DNA of 61,545 bases from Psychromonas sp. (lineage in GTDB: Bacteria; Pseudomonadota; Gammaproteobacteria; Enterobacterales; Psychromonadaceae), in the NCBI GenBank assembly GCA_047632875.1, contig JBLIEH010000001.1, forward strand, positions 1 to 61,545, in the 5' to 3' direction. The first letter of the stretch is position 1. Each line of letters begins with the position of its first letter. Below the pieces are notes generated by a model. That model ran no database searches and was not told the DNA's origin. It saw only the letters and a program-made list of their open reading frames with translations. Positions 10,599 to 20,856 of the stretch are shown one piece after another. The translations under genes were made by a program, and so were the position numbers.

Positions 10599-10634
10599 AA
10601 CTCATAGAGTTGATTTTTTACTGTTTGTTGAAAA

Positions 10635-11783
10635 CTAATCCACTTTTACGGCACGTAAAAGAACAAACTTTTTGTTCTCGCTAACGAGTTCACAGTTGCC
10701 AAAGATACGCTCCAGTTTGTCCTGATAATCAAGATGGCGATTGCCAACGATCATTAATTCGCCTTCATCGGCTAAACAGAAATGGGCATCATTAAACATG
10801 CTCCAGGCAATCTGGTCGGTGATTGTTTGCTGCTGATGGAAAGGCGGGTTGCATAAAATCAAGTCATAGGTGCGAGGTTTGAAACCCACTAAGCCATTAT
10901 TAACCACAAATCGGGCATTTTCAGCTTGCTCTTCAGGTAAATTTTTCTGCATGTTAATGCGTGCAGAATCAATGGCCATGTAGGACTCATCGATAAAAGT
11001 GATTTGTGCTTTTGGATATGCTGCTGCCGCCGCCATACCAATAATACCGTTACCACAACCCAAGTCTACAACCTTAGAAAAATCCCCTTCAGGCAGATTG
11101 TCCATTAAGAAACGACCGCCAATATCTAAGTGGTTACGAGAAAATACATTTGCATGGTTATGAATTTTCCATTCACGTTTCTCAACTTCCCAGGTGATTG
11201 CTATCTCTTTTTCAGGGACTTCTTTTGTTTCAGGTAAGCTGAAAATTAAACGCGATTTCTTTTTCGCCAATGAGGTTTTGGTAGTACCGATATATTTTTC
11301 AAATAAATCTAAGGTGGAGTTATGAATAAGATTTACTTTACCCGCCGCAACAACGATAGTTTCAGGGGTGATCACCGCATGTAATTTTTGCAAAATGTCT
11401 TCAAGGAAAGAAAGTGTTTTAGGTATTTTAATCAATACAATTTTCACATTCTCAGGAAAGCTCTGCAGACTGTCTTGTAAAAGAACATTGTCTTCCGGGC
11501 AACGGTTACGCTGCATATTTAGCTTGATTGAATTGATGGATAAGTAAGAGTCTGAAACAGCAGTGCGCTGAAATGCCTGCAGGTAACATGTCAGCGCGCC
11601 GAAGCTGTCGTTAATAAGCAATATTTGCTCATTTTCACCTACATGTTTTTGCAGTTCATTTTCAGAGAAGTAATTGATGAGGTATTCATCAGCAGAATCC
11701 CATGCTTGTAGTGTTTCATTTTTTATTCTTGGATGACGATGCAGGACCAGGGTTTGGTCCGCAATGTTCAGTGCTTCATTCAT
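10635..11783 (-). CDS. rlmG: 23S rRNA m2G1835 methyltransferase RlmG
   Basis: LQAWDSADEYL, NDSFGAL, SLAKKKSRLIF, VDLGCGNG, LCNPPFHQQ. Confidence 0.93.
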   Translation of the reverse strand: MNEALNIADQTLVLHRHPRIKNETLQAWDSADEYLINYFSENELQKHVGENEQILLINDSFGALTCYLQAFQRTAVSDSYLSINSIKLNMQRNRCPEDNVLLQDSLQSFPENVKIVLIKIPKTLSFLEDILQKLHAVITPETIVVAAGKVNLIHNSTLDLFEKYIGTTKTSLAKKKSRLIFSLPETKEVPEKEIAITWEVEKREWKIHNHANVFSRNHLDIGGRFLMDNLPEGDFSKVVDLGCGNGIIGMAAAAAYPKAQITFIDESYMAIDSARINMQKNLPEEQAENARFVVNNGLVGFKPRTYDLILCNPPFHQQQTITDQIAWSMFNDAHFCLADEGELMIVGNRHLDYQDKLERIFGNCELVSENKKFVLLRAVKVD

Positions 11784-11974
11784 AGGATTTTGCTCAGTGT
11801 TTAAAGAGTGTAGGTATAAAAAGCCATTTTAGCCTGAACCAGCCCATTAGGTAAGTGATAATGTCATTTGCTGCATAAATAATGAATTGTATAAATCTAT
11901 TTAGGGGGGAAATGATCGACTAACCAAACTTTTTTTTAGACTTAAAGAGGGGCATAATAGCGCCATCTTATTTT

Positions 11975-12018
11975 TATACCCAACTTACTTGTTGATCCAT
12001 CTTCAAGTAAGTTGGGTA
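11975..12018. repeat. Perfect 15-bp inverted repeat (ERIC-like mini element) in the phnA leader
   Basis: TACCCAACTTACTTG (11977-11991) / CAAGTAAGTTGGGTA (12004-12018). Confidence 0.7.
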
Positions 12019-12040
12019 ACTTCCCTTTAAAGGACCCATT

Positions 12041-12640
12041 ATGCCCATTAAAACTGCCTTATTAGAGCGTAGTAATTCTGCTTGTGAACTCTGTAGCAGC
12101 ACTGCTAACTTATCCATATTTGAGGTGCCACCGGTAGCTGAGCCTAACTCCGATAAAGCCGTTTTAGTCTGTGAGACTTGTTTATCACAAATTGAAAAAA
12201 ATACCGAGATGGACAGTAATCATTGGCGTTGCCTAAATGACAGCATGTGGAGTCAGGTACCCGCTGTGCAAGTATTAGTGTTTCGTATGTTAACTAGACT
12301 CGCTAAAAATGAAGGTTGGGCTCAGGATCTGCTCGATATGATCTACATGGAAGATGAAACTAAGGCATGGGCCGATTACAATGTTGCCGCGGATCAAATC
12401 GAAGAAGTTGCAGCGACACGTGATTCAAATGGTGGCATCCTGGTCGCCGGTGATAACGTTACCTTAATTAAAGATCTTGATGTAAAAGGCGGTAACTTTA
12501 CCGCTAAACGTGGTACGCCGGTGCGTAATATCTCTTTAACGGATAATCCCGAGCATATTGAAGGCCGCGTGAATGGCGTTCGTATTGTATTATTAACCCA
12601 ATATATCAAGAAAATGCCTGCCGGACTTAACGAAAAATAA
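12041..12640 (+). CDS. phnA: PhnA/YjdM-domain Zn-ribbon protein
   Basis: CELC...CETC, HWRCLNDSMWS, C-terminal DSNG..L..GD.VTLIKDLDVKG. Confidence 0.85.
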   Translation: MPIKTALLERSNSACELCSSTANLSIFEVPPVAEPNSDKAVLVCETCLSQIEKNTEMDSNHWRCLNDSMWSQVPAVQVLVFRMLTRLAKNEGWAQDLLDMIYMEDETKAWADYNVAADQIEEVAATRDSNGGILVAGDNVTLIKDLDVKGGNFTAKRGTPVRNISLTDNPEHIEGRVNGVRIVLLTQYIKKMPAGLNEK

Positions 12641-12725
12641 TATAGAGACAGTGATTTGGCACAAAAGGCGAATAAAACAGTTATTCGTCTTTTGTGCTTA
12701 TTATTTGAATCTAAGAAATTTTTAT

Positions 12726-13757
12726 CTAGCAGACTTTCCAAAGCATTTTTTCAGCGGCTTTAATAGGAACCACTTGCTGGTTACCAAAACTCATTGATGC
12801 GGGCACATCCCAGGCTGATTTCTCAAGGGTAATGGTATCGTTATTACGTGCAAGATTATAAAAATCAGGACCGTTAAAACTGGCAAAGCCTTCCAACTTA
12901 TCCAAGGCGTTGGCTTGTTCAAATACCTCTGCATATAACTCAATGGCCGCATGAGCGGTATAAGATCCCGCGCAACCACAAGCATTTTCCTTACGATCAA
13001 CGGCATGGGGAGCTGAATCTGTGCCTAAGAAGAATTTTTTAGAGCCGCCCGTTGCTGCTTTGATTAATGCCTGTTGGTGAATATTACGCTTTAAAATAGG
13101 TAAACAATAAAAGTGCGGACGTATCCCGCCCGCTAACATATGATTACGGTTAAACATTAAATGGTGGGCGGTAATGGTTGCTGCGACATTATCATTGGCA
13201 TTATTAACAAAGTCTACCGCATTCGCCGTGGTGATATGCTCCATCACTATTTTCAAATTGGGGTAGGATGCAACTATGGGGGCAAGGACTGTTTTTAGGA
13301 AAACCTCTTCACGGTCAAAGATATCAATGTCACTGGCGGTTACTTCTCCGTGAATCAGTAGCGGCATGCCAACCTCCTGCATTGCCTGCAGGGCATTTTT
13401 TATTTTTTCAATCGAGGTGACGCCTGATTCTGAGTTGGTAGTTGCGCCGGCCGGGTATAACTTGGCGGCATAAATTTGTCCCGATGCTTTGGCTTTTTTT
13501 ATCTCATCAGCCGTGGTGCTATCGGTTAAATACAGGGTCATTAATGGTTTGAAGCCTGCCTTGGGCTTTGCCGCAAAAATTCTCGCCTGATAAGCAAGTG
13601 CTAAGGCGGTATCTGTTACGGGGGGCGCAAGGTTAGGCATGATAATCGCGCGGCCCATATAACGGCTGGTGTCACGTACGGTATCTTTTAATACATCACC
13701 GTCGCGCAAATGCACGTGCCAATCATCGGGGCGGGTTATGGTTATTGTTGTTGTCAT
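12726..13757 (-). CDS. pyrC: Dihydroorotase
   Basis: [36 protein letters not shown]. Confidence 0.97.
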   Translation of the reverse strand: MTTTITITRPDDWHVHLRDGDVLKDTVRDTSRYMGRAIIMPNLAPPVTDTALALAYQARIFAAKPKAGFKPLMTLYLTDSTTADEIKKAKASGQIYAAKLYPAGATTNSESGVTSIEKIKNALQAMQEVGMPLLIHGEVTASDIDIFDREEVFLKTVLAPIVASYPNLKIVMEHITTANAVDFVNNANDNVAATITAHHLMFNRNHMLAGGIRPHFYCLPILKRNIHQQALIKAATGGSKKFFLGTDSAPHAVDRKENACGCAGSYTAHAAIELYAEVFEQANALDKLEGFASFNGPDFYNLARNNDTITLEKSAWDVPASMSFGNQQVVPIKAAEKMLWKVC

Positions 13758-13833
13758 TGATTATCTCCATTAATTTTTAACTATTTTACAAGCATCAAGC
13801 GCTTAACTAAAGGCAATTTTACACTTCATTGAT

Positions 13834-13885
13834 TATACCCAAACTACTTAATGATGCCTGCATCTTCAAATTATTTGACTATATA
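13834..13885. repeat. Degenerate copy of the TATACCC...CATCTTCAA mini element
   Basis: TATACCCAAACTACTTAATGATG-cctg-CATCTTCAAATTATTTGACTATATA. Confidence 0.55.
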
Positions 13886-14087
13886 CCTGCGCGTATAATG
13901 CATGCAGCTGACATTGAGGTTTTTTGCATTGAATAGGTTATTTCATCGATAAAAATATTTTACCGGGTTTACTTGTTGACATTTTTTGTGATGATTATAT
14001 TAATATCACCCATAAAGGCTCACTTCTTGACATTTTAGTACCATACTGGGGTGAACTATTGAAAATAACCAAAGAGAATTAGAATTT

Positions 14088-14573
14088 ATGAGCCGTTTTC
14101 TGAAATCAATTACAGCCTTAATACTGTTATTAAATAGCGGTATAAGCGCCGCACAACAAACTGTCGGTGAACAATGGTTAAGTCAGTTTGATATGACCGA
14201 GTATCATAATAAAGTGGTCTACTTAGATTTCTGGGCATCATGGTGCGGCCCATGCCGAGAATCTTTTCCGTGGTTAAATAAAATGCAGGCTAAATACCAG
14301 GATAAAGGCTTGGTTATTATTGGCGTCAATCTAGATCGAGATGTTAACAAAGCTTATCAATTTACTGAAACCTTCCCCGCGTCTTTCCGGCTCTACTCAG
14401 ACCCTAAAGGCTTTCTAGCGCAACAATATAAAATTACCGCCATGCCGAGCTCCTATTTGTTTTCCGGTAAGGGTGAACTGGCTGATAAGCACCTCGGCTT
14501 TAAACAAAGTGACGTTGCTCGCTATGAAGAAAATATTGTCAAATTATTAGACAAATTAACCAGCGACAACTGA
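14088..14573 (+). CDS. TlpA-family thiol-disulfide oxidoreductase
   Basis: Signal peptide, LDFWASWCGPC, MPSSYL. Confidence 0.9.
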   Translation: MSRFLKSITALILLLNSGISAAQQTVGEQWLSQFDMTEYHNKVVYLDFWASWCGPCRESFPWLNKMQAKYQDKGLVIIGVNLDRDVNKAYQFTETFPASFRLYSDPKGFLAQQYKITAMPSSYLFSGKGELADKHLGFKQSDVARYEENIVKLLDKLTSDN

Positions 14574-14668
14574 AAAAGCGGCCGGTGAAAAAATAGTGGC
14601 GGATCCGGCTACTCTTCTATTCATGCTTAGTTTTTTGTTTTTTAGCGCTGTTTAGCAGCGCCAATTTA

Positions 14669-15682
14669 TTAAATTTTCAAAGCCTGTTTTAAGACCGTTA
14701 AAAAAGTCTCAATGTCGATGCGACTAATACCCAAATGGGTCACCAAACGAAGGGGGTTTCCGGTGCTCAATATTATACCTTGCTCTTTTAAAGTCGCCTG
14801 TAATTGCTGTTGATTGATAGCCGGATCAAGTTTGGCAAAAACCATATTGGTTTGCACCAACGCCGGATTGACGGTAAAACCTTTGATTAATGATAACTGC
14901 TCAGCAAGATAGCGTGCATTAGCATGATCTTCCGCTAAACGTGTTACATTTTCCGTTAAGGCATACTTACCGGCCGCCGCCAAAATACCCACCTGGCGCA
15001 TGCCGCCACCTAACACTTTACGCCAGCGCCGCGCTTTTGCGATCAACGCCTTATCACCTAACAAAAGCGAGCCGACGGGAGCGCCTAAACCTTTTGATAA
15101 ACAGATGCTCATTGAATCAAAGTATTGACTGATTTCTTTAATATCCACATCTAATGCAACGGCCGCGTTGTATACCCGTGCACCGTCAAGGTGAAGCTGC
15201 AATCCATGAAGGTTCACGAATGCGCGTGCCTGTTGCAGATAAGCGAGTGAAAGCACTTTGCCATTGATAGTATTTTCAATACTTAACAAAGTCGTACGGG
15301 CAAAATGCGGATCAACAGGTTTAATGGCCGAAGTGAGCTTTGCAAATGAGAGAGAACCGTCGTTTTCGTTTTCTATTGGCTGTGGCTGAATCGATCCTAA
15401 TACCGCCGCACCACCACCTTCAAATTTATAATTATGTGCTTGCTGACCGCAAAGGTATTCATCACCCCGTTCACAGTGTGACATCAGGGCCAAAAGGTTT
15501 GCCTGGGTACCGGAGCTGCAGAAAATGGCCGCTTCAAAACCATGGCGTTGTGCTGCCCATTCTTCCAACTCATTGACGCTTGGATCGTCACCATAAACGT
15601 CATCACCAAGGGGGGCATTGATCATTGCCTGCACCATAGCGGGCGATGGAAGGGTGACCGTATCAGAACGAAAATCTATCAT
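14669..15682 (-). CDS. ltaE: Low-specificity L-threonine aldolase
   Basis: DFRSDTVT, GDDVYGDDP, HLDGAR, CLSKGLGAPVGS, GGGMRQ. Confidence 0.95.
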   Translation of the reverse strand: MIDFRSDTVTLPSPAMVQAMINAPLGDDVYGDDPSVNELEEWAAQRHGFEAAIFCSSGTQANLLALMSHCERGDEYLCGQQAHNYKFEGGGAAVLGSIQPQPIENENDGSLSFAKLTSAIKPVDPHFARTTLLSIENTINGKVLSLAYLQQARAFVNLHGLQLHLDGARVYNAAVALDVDIKEISQYFDSMSICLSKGLGAPVGSLLLGDKALIAKARRWRKVLGGGMRQVGILAAAGKYALTENVTRLAEDHANARYLAEQLSLIKGFTVNPALVQTNMVFAKLDPAINQQQLQATLKEQGIILSTGNPLRLVTHLGISRIDIETFLTVLKQALKI

Positions 15683-15740
15683 TGACTGTTTATCTCCTTT
15701 TGTTTAGATTTTATAGAGGGGCCTGACAAGAGAGCGATGT

Positions 15741-17303
15741 TCACTTCAACTTTAGTCTTTTGGCTAAACGATGCAGGTTACCCGTATCGATTTGTAACTG
15801 CCTTGCGGCCGCCGCCCAATTGTGGTTATTCTCCTGGTATGCTTGTTCGAGCATGGTTATCTGTAACGAATCCGTCGCTTCACGCAGGCCTTGGCGCAAG
15901 TTTATCTGCAAATGGGCTGCGCTATTTTCCCTGTTTTCATTGTTTTGAGCGGATTTATCTGCCGTCTGCTGATTAATAATAAAATGTTCAGCCTGGAGAA
16001 CAAGATAGGGGCTTTGGGATTGTGATTTTGCAATAACAGCGGCGCGGTTTATGGCGTGCTCCAATTCTCGAATATTACCCGGCCAAGGGTAGTGTAAAAA
16101 ATTGTGGATCACCTCGGGACTGATACTGATATTGGTTATCCCCAGTTTGTTTTTAGATTTTTCAGCAAAAAATCCCGCCAATAATATCACGTCCTTCTCA
16201 CGCTCGCGCAAAGGAGGGACGTGGATCGGAAAAACACTGAGTCTATGGTAAAGATCGGCACGAAAACGGCCCGCTTTAACTTCTTCATGCAGAGCGCGAT
16301 TAGTTGCGGCAACAATACGCGTATTCACCTTAAGACTGCGGTCATCGCCGACACGTTGTAAATCACCATATTGCAGAACGCGTAATAACTTTGCCTGTAA
16401 CGACAGGGGTAATTCACCCACTTCATCAAGAAAAAGCGTGCCATTGTCGGCGAGTTCAAATTTTCCCTGGCGATGACTTATTGCGCCTGTAAATGCGCCT
16501 TTTACATGACCAAATAATTCACTTTCCGCGACGCTTTCAGGCAAAGCCGCGCAATTTAGGTAAACCAGAGTTTGCTCATTACGTAAAGATTGCGCATGCA
16601 GAGATGCGGCCACTAATTCTTTACCGACGCCCGTTTCACCTGTGATCAGTACCGATAGATCCGTATTAGCAACGGCTTTTATTTGTGCCTGTAGCTCGGT
16701 CATGACCGCCGAGTTACCAATCATTTCAATGCTGTTTTTTTTGTCCGGGTTATTTAACAGTTGTGACTGCGGGATAACACCAATTTGATTTTCTAACTTT
16801 TGTATTAACAGTGAAGTATACAAACTGGCAGCCGCGAGTGCACTGATAATACGCAGTTCAGTATCGGAGAAAGCATCAAATGCAGTGGGATCAAATGCAT
16901 CAATGGTTAAGGCACCAATTAGACGATCATTGGCTAATAAGGGGAAACCAATACAGGAGTGGACTTGTAATTCGCCTTCATGATTCGGGATCAAACCATC
17001 ATAGGGATCAGCTAACTGACTATCGGCAGGGAAACGCACAATATCACCCGCTCTTGCGATCGCTTCTAAACGCGGGTGATCTTCAATACTGAATCGTCGC
17101 CCTAAGACTTCATCGGCTAATCCATCAATGGCCAGGGGAGAAAATTGTTGTTCTTTGAACACTAAAAGCGCTGAGGCATCACAATTAAATAATTGTCGAA
17201 TGGTGGTCAACAGGCGTCGGAAACGATCCCGACTCGATACGCCTAAAGTGAGATCGAGTGCCAGTTGGGTCAGTTCATCATGTGCATTTTTCATTTTACT
17301 CAT
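15741..17303 (-). CDS. norR: NO-responsive sigma54 activator NorR
   Basis: GAF (HPRL, DPYDGL, VHSC), AAA+ [26 protein letters not shown]; divergent from norV. ATG at 17303 or 17294 is likelier than 17342. Confidence 0.95.
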   Translation of the reverse strand: MSKMKNAHDELTQLALDLTLGVSSRDRFRRLLTTIRQLFNCDASALLVFKEQQFSPLAIDGLADEVLGRRFSIEDHPRLEAIARAGDIVRFPADSQLADPYDGLIPNHEGELQVHSCIGFPLLANDRLIGALTIDAFDPTAFDAFSDTELRIISALAAASLYTSLLIQKLENQIGVIPQSQLLNNPDKKNSIEMIGNSAVMTELQAQIKAVANTDLSVLITGETGVGKELVAASLHAQSLRNEQTLVYLNCAALPESVAESELFGHVKGAFTGAISHRQGKFELADNGTLFLDEVGELPLSLQAKLLRVLQYGDLQRVGDDRSLKVNTRIVAATNRALHEEVKAGRFRADLYHRLSVFPIHVPPLREREKDVILLAGFFAEKSKNKLGITNISISPEVIHNFLHYPWPGNIRELEHAINRAAVIAKSQSQSPYLVLQAEHFIINQQTADKSAQNNENRENSAAHLQINLRQGLREATDSLQITMLEQAYQENNHNWAAAARQLQIDTGNLHRLAKRLKLK

Positions 17304-17329
17304 TTTTCCAGTGCAGGGGCAGTCGGCGT

Positions 17330-17384
17330 GTCTTTTTAACACTTCGTTGTCAAATTGACTTTACTTGATAACTGTCAATATGAC
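17330..17384. promoter_or_regulatory. Three NorR enhancer sites (GT-N7-AC)
   Basis: GTCTTTTTAAC 17330-17340, GTCAAATTGAC 17349-17359, GTCAATATGAC 17374-17384. Confidence 0.85.
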
Positions 17385-17436
17385 AATTTAAATTTCATTT
17401 AAAACATAAAGATATACATAACAATAAGTTGCAATC

Positions 17437-17453
17437 TTGGCATGGTAAATGCT
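17437..17453 (+). promoter_or_regulatory. sigma54 promoter of norVW
   Basis: TTGGCATGGTAAATGCT, GG-N10-GC. Confidence 0.85.
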
Positions 17454-17502
17454 TTGTCTTATATTAAGCAAATAATTTTAATCAAAAATATAAGGTATTA
17501 TT

Positions 17503-19041
17503 ATGACAATTCACGTTAAAAACAATATTCACTGGGTAGGTCAGCGCGATTGGGAAATTCAGGACTTTCACGGTACCGAGTATAAAATGACCAAGGGGAC
17601 AAGTTATAACAGTTATTTGATTCGTGAAGAAAAAATCGTCTTGGTTGATACCGTGGCAGAGAGTTTTAGCCAGCAATTTTTACAAAATTTAGAAATGGAA
17701 ATCGACCTTAACGATATAGATTATATTGTCATGAATCACGCCGAAGAAGATCATTCCGGCGCACTAACGGCATTAATGGCTAAAATCCCGAATACACCCA
17801 TATATTGTACTGAAAATGCCATCGATTCTATCGTGGGGCACCATCATCACCCCGAATGGAATTTCCAAACCGTCAAAACGGGCGACAGTTTAGACTTGGG
17901 TAGTGGTAAACAACTTGTTTTTATTGAAGCCCCTATGCTGCATTGGCCCGATAGTATGATGACTTATATGACAGGCGATGCGGTATTATTCAGTAATGAT
18001 GCCTTTGGCCAACATTACTGTGATGAGCATCTGTTTAATGATGAAGTTGATCAGAATGAATTGATGGATCAGTGTCAGCGTTATTATGCCAATATATTAG
18101 CCCCCTTTAGCGGACTGGTGACGGCAAAAATCAAAGAAGTGCTTAGCTTTAATCTTCCCGTTGATATGATTGCCACCTCGCACGGTATTGTTTGGCGGGA
18201 TAATCCGGCGCAAATTATTCATAAATATCTAGAGTGGGCGGACGCTTACCAGGAAGATCGTATTACACTTTTCTATGACTCTATGTCTAATAATACGCGC
18301 ATGATGGCCGATGCCATTGCTCAGGGTATTCATGATATTGATCCTGCGGTGGCCGTTAAAGTCTTTAATGTTTCACGTCACGATAAAAATGACATACTCA
18401 CCAGCGTATTTCGCTCAAAAGGCATATTGGTAGGCTCATCCACCATGAATAATGTCATGATGCCGAAGGTGGCCGGTATGTTAGAAGAGATCAGCGGTCT
18501 ACGATTTAGAAACAAAAAAGCCGCTGCATTTGGCAGTTACGGCTGGAACGGTGGGGCGGTTGACCGAATTCATACACGCTTAATGGATGCCGGTTTTGAA
18601 ACCACTATTTCGCTGAAAATAAAATGGCGGCCCGATGGCAAAGCGATGCGTGAATGCCGTGAGCATGGCCGTATTATTGCTAAAGGCTGGGCATTGCACC
18701 CTTTAGATAATATTGAATCCTTGGTGTTAAAACCTTTAGTAACGCAATCGGCACCTGATGCGATCGTGACTGAAACCACTGAGCAAACGCCGGACATTGC
18801 GGTAGCCGAAAATGTTCAAGCAATTACGCCCTTGGCAAATGAAAAATCAGCGGCAGCAGATGCGCAGCAAAGCATGTTATGCACTGTGTGTAACTGGGTA
18901 TACGATCCTCTTATTGGTGAGCCCAATCAGGGTGTGGAGCCAAATACAGCCTGGGCTGATCTGCCGGATTATTTCCTCTGTCCTGAATGCGCCTTAGGCA
19001 AAGATGTATTTACCCCCCTTAAAGCGGTAAAAGCATCATGA
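17503..19041 (+). CDS. norV: Flavorubredoxin (anaerobic NO reductase)
   Basis: HAEEDH, LHWPDSM, NDAFGQH, flavodoxin domain, C-terminal rubredoxin CTVC...CPEC. Confidence 0.97.
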   Translation: MTIHVKNNIHWVGQRDWEIQDFHGTEYKMTKGTSYNSYLIREEKIVLVDTVAESFSQQFLQNLEMEIDLNDIDYIVMNHAEEDHSGALTALMAKIPNTPIYCTENAIDSIVGHHHHPEWNFQTVKTGDSLDLGSGKQLVFIEAPMLHWPDSMMTYMTGDAVLFSNDAFGQHYCDEHLFNDEVDQNELMDQCQRYYANILAPFSGLVTAKIKEVLSFNLPVDMIATSHGIVWRDNPAQIIHKYLEWADAYQEDRITLFYDSMSNNTRMMADAIAQGIHDIDPAVAVKVFNVSRHDKNDILTSVFRSKGILVGSSTMNNVMMPKVAGMLEEISGLRFRNKKAAAFGSYGWNGGAVDRIHTRLMDAGFETTISLKIKWRPDGKAMRECREHGRIIAKGWALHPLDNIESLVLKPLVTQSAPDAIVTETTEQTPDIAVAENVQAITPLANEKSAAADAQQSMLCTVCNWVYDPLIGEPNQGVEPNTAWADLPDYFLCPECALGKDVFTPLKAVKAS

Positions 19042-20183
19042 GCGGGCCAATATTTATTATCGGCAGCGGCTTTGCCGCTTATCAGTTAATTAAAACCCTG
19101 CGCCGCACCGATCAGCAGCAGGAAATACATGTTTTTACCAATGATCAGGGTCACGATTACAACAAACCCGATCTCAGCCATGTCTTTTCAAAACAGCAAT
19201 CTTCTGCTGAATTGATCCGCAAAACAGGAGAAGAATTTGCAAAGGAATATAAGGTATCCCTGCATGCGTTTACCCCGGTATCAGCAATAAACCCCAAACA
19301 AAAAAGTATTACTGTCAATGGTGAAGAGTTGCATTACTCTAAATTGGTATTAGCAACGGGTGCCAAGGCCATTATTCCACCCATGGAAGGAGATGCGGTT
19401 GATCAGGTACTCACACTCAATAGCCTGCAGGAGTTTGAAGCCGCGCAATTGAAAATTCAGCAGGCTAAATCTGTATTGGTTATCGGTGGCGGCTTGATAG
19501 GTACTGAGTTGGCAATGGATTTAGACAGCAGCGGGAAAAAGGTGATCATTGCCGATCCTTGTGCTTCGCTGATGGCATCGATGCTACCGGAATTTATTGC
19601 ACTGCAGCTGCAAAAAAGCTTCATCAAATCAGGGAGTCTACTCGCGCTTGGGGATACGGTTAAATCCTTAAACAAATCAGAGCAGGGTATTAAGGTTAGA
19701 TTAAATTCAGGGCAGCAATATCAGGTGGATTGTGTTATTTCTGCTGCCGGACTGCGGCCTAATATAGTACTGGCTAAGCAAGCTGAGCTGCAGACGAATA
19801 AGGGGATAGTAGTCAACAGGCAGCTGCAAACTTCCCAAAAAAACATTTATGCGTTAGGGGACTGCGCAGAAATTAACGGCAAAGTAATGGCTTATCTGCA
19901 ACCTATACTGCTCAGTGCGAGTACGCTGGCAAAAACTTTATTAGCCCAGCCAACAACATTACAACTGCCGGCCATGCTGGTCAAAGTTAAAACACCAAAA
20001 TTACCGATGCAGATGGCAGGACAGACGGTGTTTGGCGTTGACAGTTGGCAAATTGATATTGATGCCGAGGGGTGTTGTGTTAAATCCTATGATAGCGACA
20101 AAAAGTTAATTGGTTTTATTGTGACTGAACAACATATGAGTAAAGCTTTTCCGATGATGCGCGAATTACCGGCCAGTTTATAA
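19038..20183 (+). CDS. norW: NADH:flavorubredoxin reductase
   Basis: [39 protein letters not shown]; ATGA overlap with norV. Confidence 0.95.
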   Translation: MSGPIFIIGSGFAAYQLIKTLRRTDQQQEIHVFTNDQGHDYNKPDLSHVFSKQQSSAELIRKTGEEFAKEYKVSLHAFTPVSAINPKQKSITVNGEELHYSKLVLATGAKAIIPPMEGDAVDQVLTLNSLQEFEAAQLKIQQAKSVLVIGGGLIGTELAMDLDSSGKKVIIADPCASLMASMLPEFIALQLQKSFIKSGSLLALGDTVKSLNKSEQGIKVRLNSGQQYQVDCVISAAGLRPNIVLAKQAELQTNKGIVVNRQLQTSQKNIYALGDCAEINGKVMAYLQPILLSASTLAKTLLAQPTTLQLPAMLVKVKTPKLPMQMAGQTVFGVDSWQIDIDAEGCCVKSYDSDKKLIGFIVTEQHMSKAFPMMRELPASL

Positions 20184-20296
20184 CAGCAGAAGGAGAGAGT
20201 AAAAACTTGCACTGCCGGATGGTTTGATTGAGGGCCAGGTAACTATCGCATCGACTCGATTAGATTGACCTGGCAGTGTGTTCAGTAACTCAAATT

Positions 20297-20460
20297 TATA
20301 CCAAATGTATTAAAGATGTTATCTTGTATTGCGCAGTAAAAATTAACACTAGCAAGGCATGAGTTGCAGGAAGTAGTTATTCTCCTTTCCAAACTCATCA
20401 CGCAGATAGGGTTGATTTTAACCAGCAAGGCTGATCACTTATTTGATGCGCTTGGTATTA
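20297..20460. repeat. 164-bp MITE-like palindromic element
   Basis: Ends ATACCAA/TTGGTAT with TA flanks; internal stem ATGAGTT...AACTCAT; partial second copy at 10418. Confidence 0.7.
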
Positions 20461-20482
20461 TTGTGAATTTAAGGCGTTTATT

Positions 20483-20838
20483 ATGAGTCAGTTAGGTATT
20501 TAACCAATGGGGAAATCCAACGTGCCACTGCGTTTTAACGAAGAAAATGTCCCTGCGGCATGACTCTCTCGCCATCACAATGGGCAAGGGATTTTTGGCC
20601 AGTTATGCGTAATGCAAGGGGTCACCAATTACGGCTTTGCAGATGCCAAGACCGCTATCGCTGAACTAAAAGTGGTGATTAATCCCGGTAGTTTGCAATT
20701 CGTCCGCCACAATATTTACGGCGTATTGAAATGAGTGAGGATGCACAATTTAATATCCATTTCTGGTCGGTTCACCGAGGCGATAAACCTTATGCCCAAT
20801 CCAAAAGTTCAATGCAAAAGTTTAATGCAAAAAAATAA
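20483..20838 (+). pseudogene. YeaR/DUF1971 (TehB N-terminal-like cupin) pseudogene
   Basis: Fragments MSQLGI*, NVPAA*, GIFGQLCVMQGV, YGFAD, KVVINPG, then frameshifted FAIRPPQY.RRIEMSEDAQFNIHFWS...KFNAKK*; internal stops and frameshifts. Confidence 0.75.
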
Positions 20839-20856
20839 GCTTAGCTGAAAAGCGGG

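Noticed and set aside
14088-14573. TlpA as part of a larger redox operon
   Set aside because: No partner genes adjacent; an ordinary stand-alone gene
20302-20322. NsrR-like site upstream of the yeaR pseudogene
   Set aside because: Weak match that lies within the MITE terminal sequence
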